This document shows, in pieces, positions 60,041 to 64,000 of a stretch of DNA of 64,000 nt. The translations under genes and the position numbers were made by a program. The notes below the pieces were generated by a model that worked only from the letters and a program-made list of their open reading frames with translations, did no database searches and was not told the origin of the DNA. The stretch is from Chrysemys picta bellii (taxonomy: Eukaryota): positions 2,108,001 to 2,172,000 of the forward strand of contig NC_088812.1 in NCBI RefSeq assembly GCF_011386835.1. Reading direction: 5' to 3'. Each line of letters begins with the position of its first letter. Position 1 is the first letter of the stretch.

Positions 60041-60615
60041 GCGACGGGGCCCTGATCTCGGTCAGGGTCTGGGCAGTGCCCGGCCCGACGGGGCCCTGAT
60101 CTCGGTCGGGGTCTGGGCAGTGCCCGGCCCGACGGGGCCCTGATCTCGGTCGGGGTCTGGGCAGTGCCCGGCCCGATGGGGCCCTGATCTCGGTCAGGGT
60201 CTGGGCAGTGCCCGGCCCGACGGGGCCCTGATCTCGGTCGGGATCTGGGCAGCTCCTGGCACGATGGGGCCCTGATCTCGGCCGGGGTCTGTGCAGCGCC
60301 CGGCCCGACGGGGCCCTCATCTTGGTCGGAGTCTGGGCAGCTCCTGGCACGATGGGGCCCTGATCTCGATTGGGATCTGGGCAGTGCCCAGTGCAACGGG
60401 GCCCTGATCTCGGTCGGGGTCTGGGCAGTGCCCAGCGCAACGGGGCCCTGATCTCGGTTGGGGTCTGGGCAGCGACGGGGCCCTGATTTTGGGTGGATTC
60501 TGTGCAGCGCCTGGCATGACAGGGCCCTGATCTCATTCGGGGTCTGGACAGCATCTGGCACAGTGGGGTCCCCAATCTCAGGTGGGGTCTGTGCAGCCCC
60601 CGGCACGACGTTGGC
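60040..60615. repeat. 44-bp GC-rich tandem repeat (same family as 48570-48860)
   Basis: GGGGCCCTGATCTCGG recurs at 60090 and 60134 (period 44); copies degenerate toward 60600. Confidence 0.92.
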
Positions 60616-62799
60616 CTCGCTCTTGGTTAGGGGCTCTGGGATGGGGTGGGATTGGGTCACCCATGCCAGTCAAACCAGGATGTTGCGTCTTAGCCAGCTA
60701 GGGAGGTAGAGAGCCCAAACCCACACAGGTTGATGGATTCCCCCATTGCCCCCTAAGAGAAAAGTGGGAAGGTCGCTGCTGGGAATGGAAATGGTGGGGG
60801 GCATGGGGGAAGTTCGTCAGGGATCCCACCAAAGGGGGAGAGCATAAAAGAGGAGTAATTAACTCGAGGGTCCCCCGGGAATATGGGGTGCTCCCTTTGG
60901 AATACTGGAAGCCATGACCCACATCCAGGCAAAACTGTGAGCCCTCTAAGACATAAGAGCCCCTCAAGTTTGGAATGGGGGGGGGGAGACCCTGCTCCCA
61001 TAATCCCTTGCAGGGGTGAGTCGTGGATCTACAGTAGCCTTGGGGGGCAGATTGTTGATGTATCTCCCCCCACCCGCCGATTCTGCCCTCCCTTTTAACA
61101 CCCCTGTTTCCCCAGCTGCCCTCCCACCTCCCGGCCCCGGGGAAGGTACCTCCTGGCCCCAGCAGGCAGTCACCTTGAGGCTGACTTTGGGCAGGTGTGT
61201 ACCCAGCCGGGCATGTGATCCAGGTGTGGGGGGAGGGATTAGAGCTGGAGTCTAGCCTGGCACAGCAGCCAGGCCAGGGTGGAGCAGTGGGGGGGTCATC
61301 GGCGCTAAGTACCCCCCCTCCCCCAGCTGTTTACATAGGATTAGAGGACACTCAAGGACTTGGCTAATTCAGATCAGGCTCAAAGACTTTGCACAACCCC
61401 TCTTGGCTGCCTGGCAGGGACTGGCTTCAGCTGCTGAGCCCAGGGTGGGAGGGACGGGCAGAGCCTGGCACAGTCAGCGGCACCGCCCCAGGGTTTGGGA
61501 TCTGCACGGTCGCCTCTCGTTTTGCGGGTGTCGCAATCGCCGGGGCTGGAGCAAACAGGATCGGCATGCAGGGCCGCGGGGGCCATGGGACATGCCAACC
61601 TGCCCATGCCAGCCACGAGAGATCGCAATCACCATGGGGAAGGGGAGCAACCACAGGGAAAGGTGGGGGGCAGCCCAAGGTCAGCTGGAGCATGGGAGAG
61701 TCAGAGCGGGGAATAGAACCCAGGCATCCTGGCTCCTAGGCCTCCCCTGTCTCTAACAACCAGCCCCCAGCCCCCTCCCGGAGCTGGGAACAGAACCCAG
61801 GCACTGTAGGTGAAGGCATCCAGGGGGGCTTTAGGGGACTCTGAGCTTTCAGTTCTGAATGACTCAATCTCTGGGCACACGGGAACGTTCACACACAAAG
61901 CCAAGCTTAGCATCCTCCCCGGCTTAGCAGCCCCTGTCCAACCGTGGCCAAAGCCAGGTTCTTCAGAGATAGGTGTGTCCCCCCCAGCAGGCAGGAATGG
62001 GACAATCTGCCCCCGTCAAGGTCTCCTCCTCACACCCCTGCCTTAAACCCCCAAAGCACCTGGTATTTTTAACTCTTTCAAATCTCTTTGCTAGCACAAA
62101 CTGTTCTACCTCTGGGCCTTCTCCTTAGCAGCATAAACTTCCACCCCCTGCAGGATTCTCCCTGGGTTCCCGGGCCCCACACCGTCCAGTGGGAGGGAGT
62201 TCCGCAGGCTCCTTGCAGATGGCATGAAGGAGCATTTCCTTTGAGCGGCTTTGCGCTTGCTTCCTGCCCTGCCAAGGAAAGAGGTGCAGGGGGGTGGCAT
62301 TGTCACAAGCGTCAGGGAATTGGGCTCTGGGGCTGATCTTGGACCTGGACAAAAGCTTCCTTGTCTTAGAGGGAAGCTGAGTCCAGTGCCAGGTTCATTA
62401 GGGTCATGGCCTCTGTGCGCTCGGGCCTCACCGCTTCCCAGTGCAGATGGGCAGAAAAGGACCCAGGCGAACAGCGTCCGCTTTGCTGGATGAAAACACG
62501 CTCGGAGGTTTTTCTGAAGGCGGGGAGCAAAAGTCTAATTGGGCACCACCTAGTGGCAGCAGGGTGAAAGTGTGGAAGGAGTTGGTCCAGGGTATTACAG
62601 ACACACAAGGTGGGTGAGAGAAATATTTTCGGGGAGAGAGACACAAGCCTTCGCCGAGCTCTGGGGAAAGTGCTCGGAGCATCACGGCTAAGTGCAAGCG
62701 GAACATGGGTCACACACATTCCAAGGGATCATTCAAGGTGAGGTGGCCACTATCACCTCTCCAGTCCTAGGGGGGAAAAGGAGCCGGGGGGTTTAGTGA

Positions 62800-62950
62800 A
62801 GATAAGAAGAGCCAAACTGTGCCAGACCAACGGTCCATCTAGCCCAGTGTCCCGTCTTCCGACAGTGGCCAATGCCAGGTGCCCCAGAGGGAATGAACAG
62901 AACAGGGCAATTATCGTGTGATCTATCCCCTGTCGTCCAGGGCCAGCTTC
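62800..62950 (-). mobile_element. CR1-type 3' end fragment
   Basis: CAGACCAACGGTCCATCTAGCCCAGTGTCCCGTCTTCCGACAGTGGCCAATGCCAGGTG..GAGGGAATGAACAGAACAGG. Confidence 0.65.
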
Positions 62951-62954
62951 TGGG

Positions 62955-63337
62955 GTTTAACCAGGGGTACCCTCAGGTCTGCCAGGGGGCACATCAACTC
63001 ACCTAGAGATTTGCCTAGTTTTACAACAGGCGACATAAAAAGCACTAACCAAGTCAGGACACACTAAAATTCCAGACAATGTCTTGTTTCTACTGCTCTA
63101 TAGACGATACACTGAAATGGGAGTTCAATATTTATAGTCCAATGGGTTTATTTTATAATTACATGGTAAGAATGAGAAAGTCAGCAACTGTTCAGTAATC
63201 GTGGGCTGTGACACTCTGGTATTTTTATGTCTGGTTTTGTCAGCAAGTAGTTTTTAAGTGAGGTGTAACTTGGGGTACGCAAGACCAATCAGCCTCCTGC
63301 AAGGGGTGCAGTCGTCTGGAAAGGTTGAGAGCCGCTG
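62955..63337. mobile_element. Degenerate hAT-like non-autonomous DNA element
   Basis: AT-rich interior; the right end GGAAAGGTTGAGAGCCGCTG resembles a hAT TIR; the left end is degenerate (..TTTAACCAGGGGTAC). Confidence 0.6.
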
Positions 63338-63664
63338 GTTTAGTGGGTTACAGATTGTTGTAATAAGCCATAAATCCAGGCTCTCTGCTCAGTCCCTGAT
63401 TTTTAGTGTCTAGCAAAGTTCTGAATTTAAGCTCCCAGGCGCGTCTTTTGCAGGAGTTGGGCAGGTTTCCTGGCAGGACGAGGACTGAGAGGGGAGCAAT
63501 GGAGTGATCGCTCTGCGAAGTGCCCACCCACGGGTGAGAGGGTGTCGCTTTTCCATGCGAGTTCACTAAAGAGCACAGCGATTTCCCGTCTCCCCCCCAC
63601 CCCCAAAGAGTTGTTACTGGGGCAGTTAGTGCCCTGGATGAGGTCTGGCATACGTTGTGAGAGA

Positions 63665-63790
63665 CGTCTGTGTGTGTGTGAGTGTGTGGGTGCGTGTGCA
63701 TGAGTGTGCATGAGTGTGTGCATGAGTGAGTGAGTGTGTGATTGTGTTTGAGTGATTGTGTGTGAGTGAGTGTGTGTATGCACATGTACA
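63665..63790. repeat. (GT)n/(GTGA)n microsatellite
   Basis: Directly visible dinucleotide and tetranucleotide run. Confidence 0.9.
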
Positions 63791-64000
63791 CAGGTGCCTC
63801 TCTGTACCTTTAAGCATCGCTCTGAGAGACCCATCCAGCGCCCCCTGAAATTGACTGGCTGGCGGCTAGTACTCAGTGTGTGGGAAGGGGGCCGTGAAGC
63901 CAAATGGACCCCCCTCCCCAAACCCCATGTTTGGGAGAGGAGCTGGGATGCTCAGGGGGTGCTCAGCGCCCACACCTGGGAGAGGGCAGCCGTGATGCTA

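Noticed and set aside
59907-60660. 222- and 226-aa - strand ORFs
   Set aside because: Translations of the 44-bp tandem repeat.
44720-64000. ACER1 exons expected upstream of CLPP from human synteny
   Set aside because: No DWCE/FYNT-type ceramidase motifs were found by eye; the gene may lie beyond the window.

Overview
GC-rich vertebrate genomic window, most likely a turtle or other sauropsid, judged from the repeat families and the GTF2F1-PSPN-ALKBH7-CLPP order that matches human 19p13.3. Six protein-coding genes were reconstructed exon by exon. On the + strand are GTF2F1 (exons 2-13; exon 1 lies upstream of the window) and PSPN. On the - strand are ALKBH7, an SSX2IP/ADIP-like paralog with two apparent frameshifts, CLPP and a MISP3-like gene. 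GTF2F1 intron 10 holds a sense-oriented ~4.7-kb DIRS (tyrosine-recombinase) retrotransposon. Its RT and recombinase are catalytically destroyed, but its gag/LAP2alpha-like ORF1 is open for 711 codons. That ORF has no ATG at its start and begins exactly at a branch-point/polypyrimidine/TAG acceptor in phase with GTF2F1 exon 10. This is a candidate transposon-derived alternative exon giving a RAP74-LAP2alpha-domain chimera (top finding; transcript evidence needed). Other points: a ZNF143-site VNTR merging with the ALKBH7 start codon, tRNA-length (72-bp) SINE-head minisatellites, an intact hAT MITE with a perfect 8-bp TSD, and several CR1/CORE-SINE fragments. Family assignments come from recalled sequences, not database searches.
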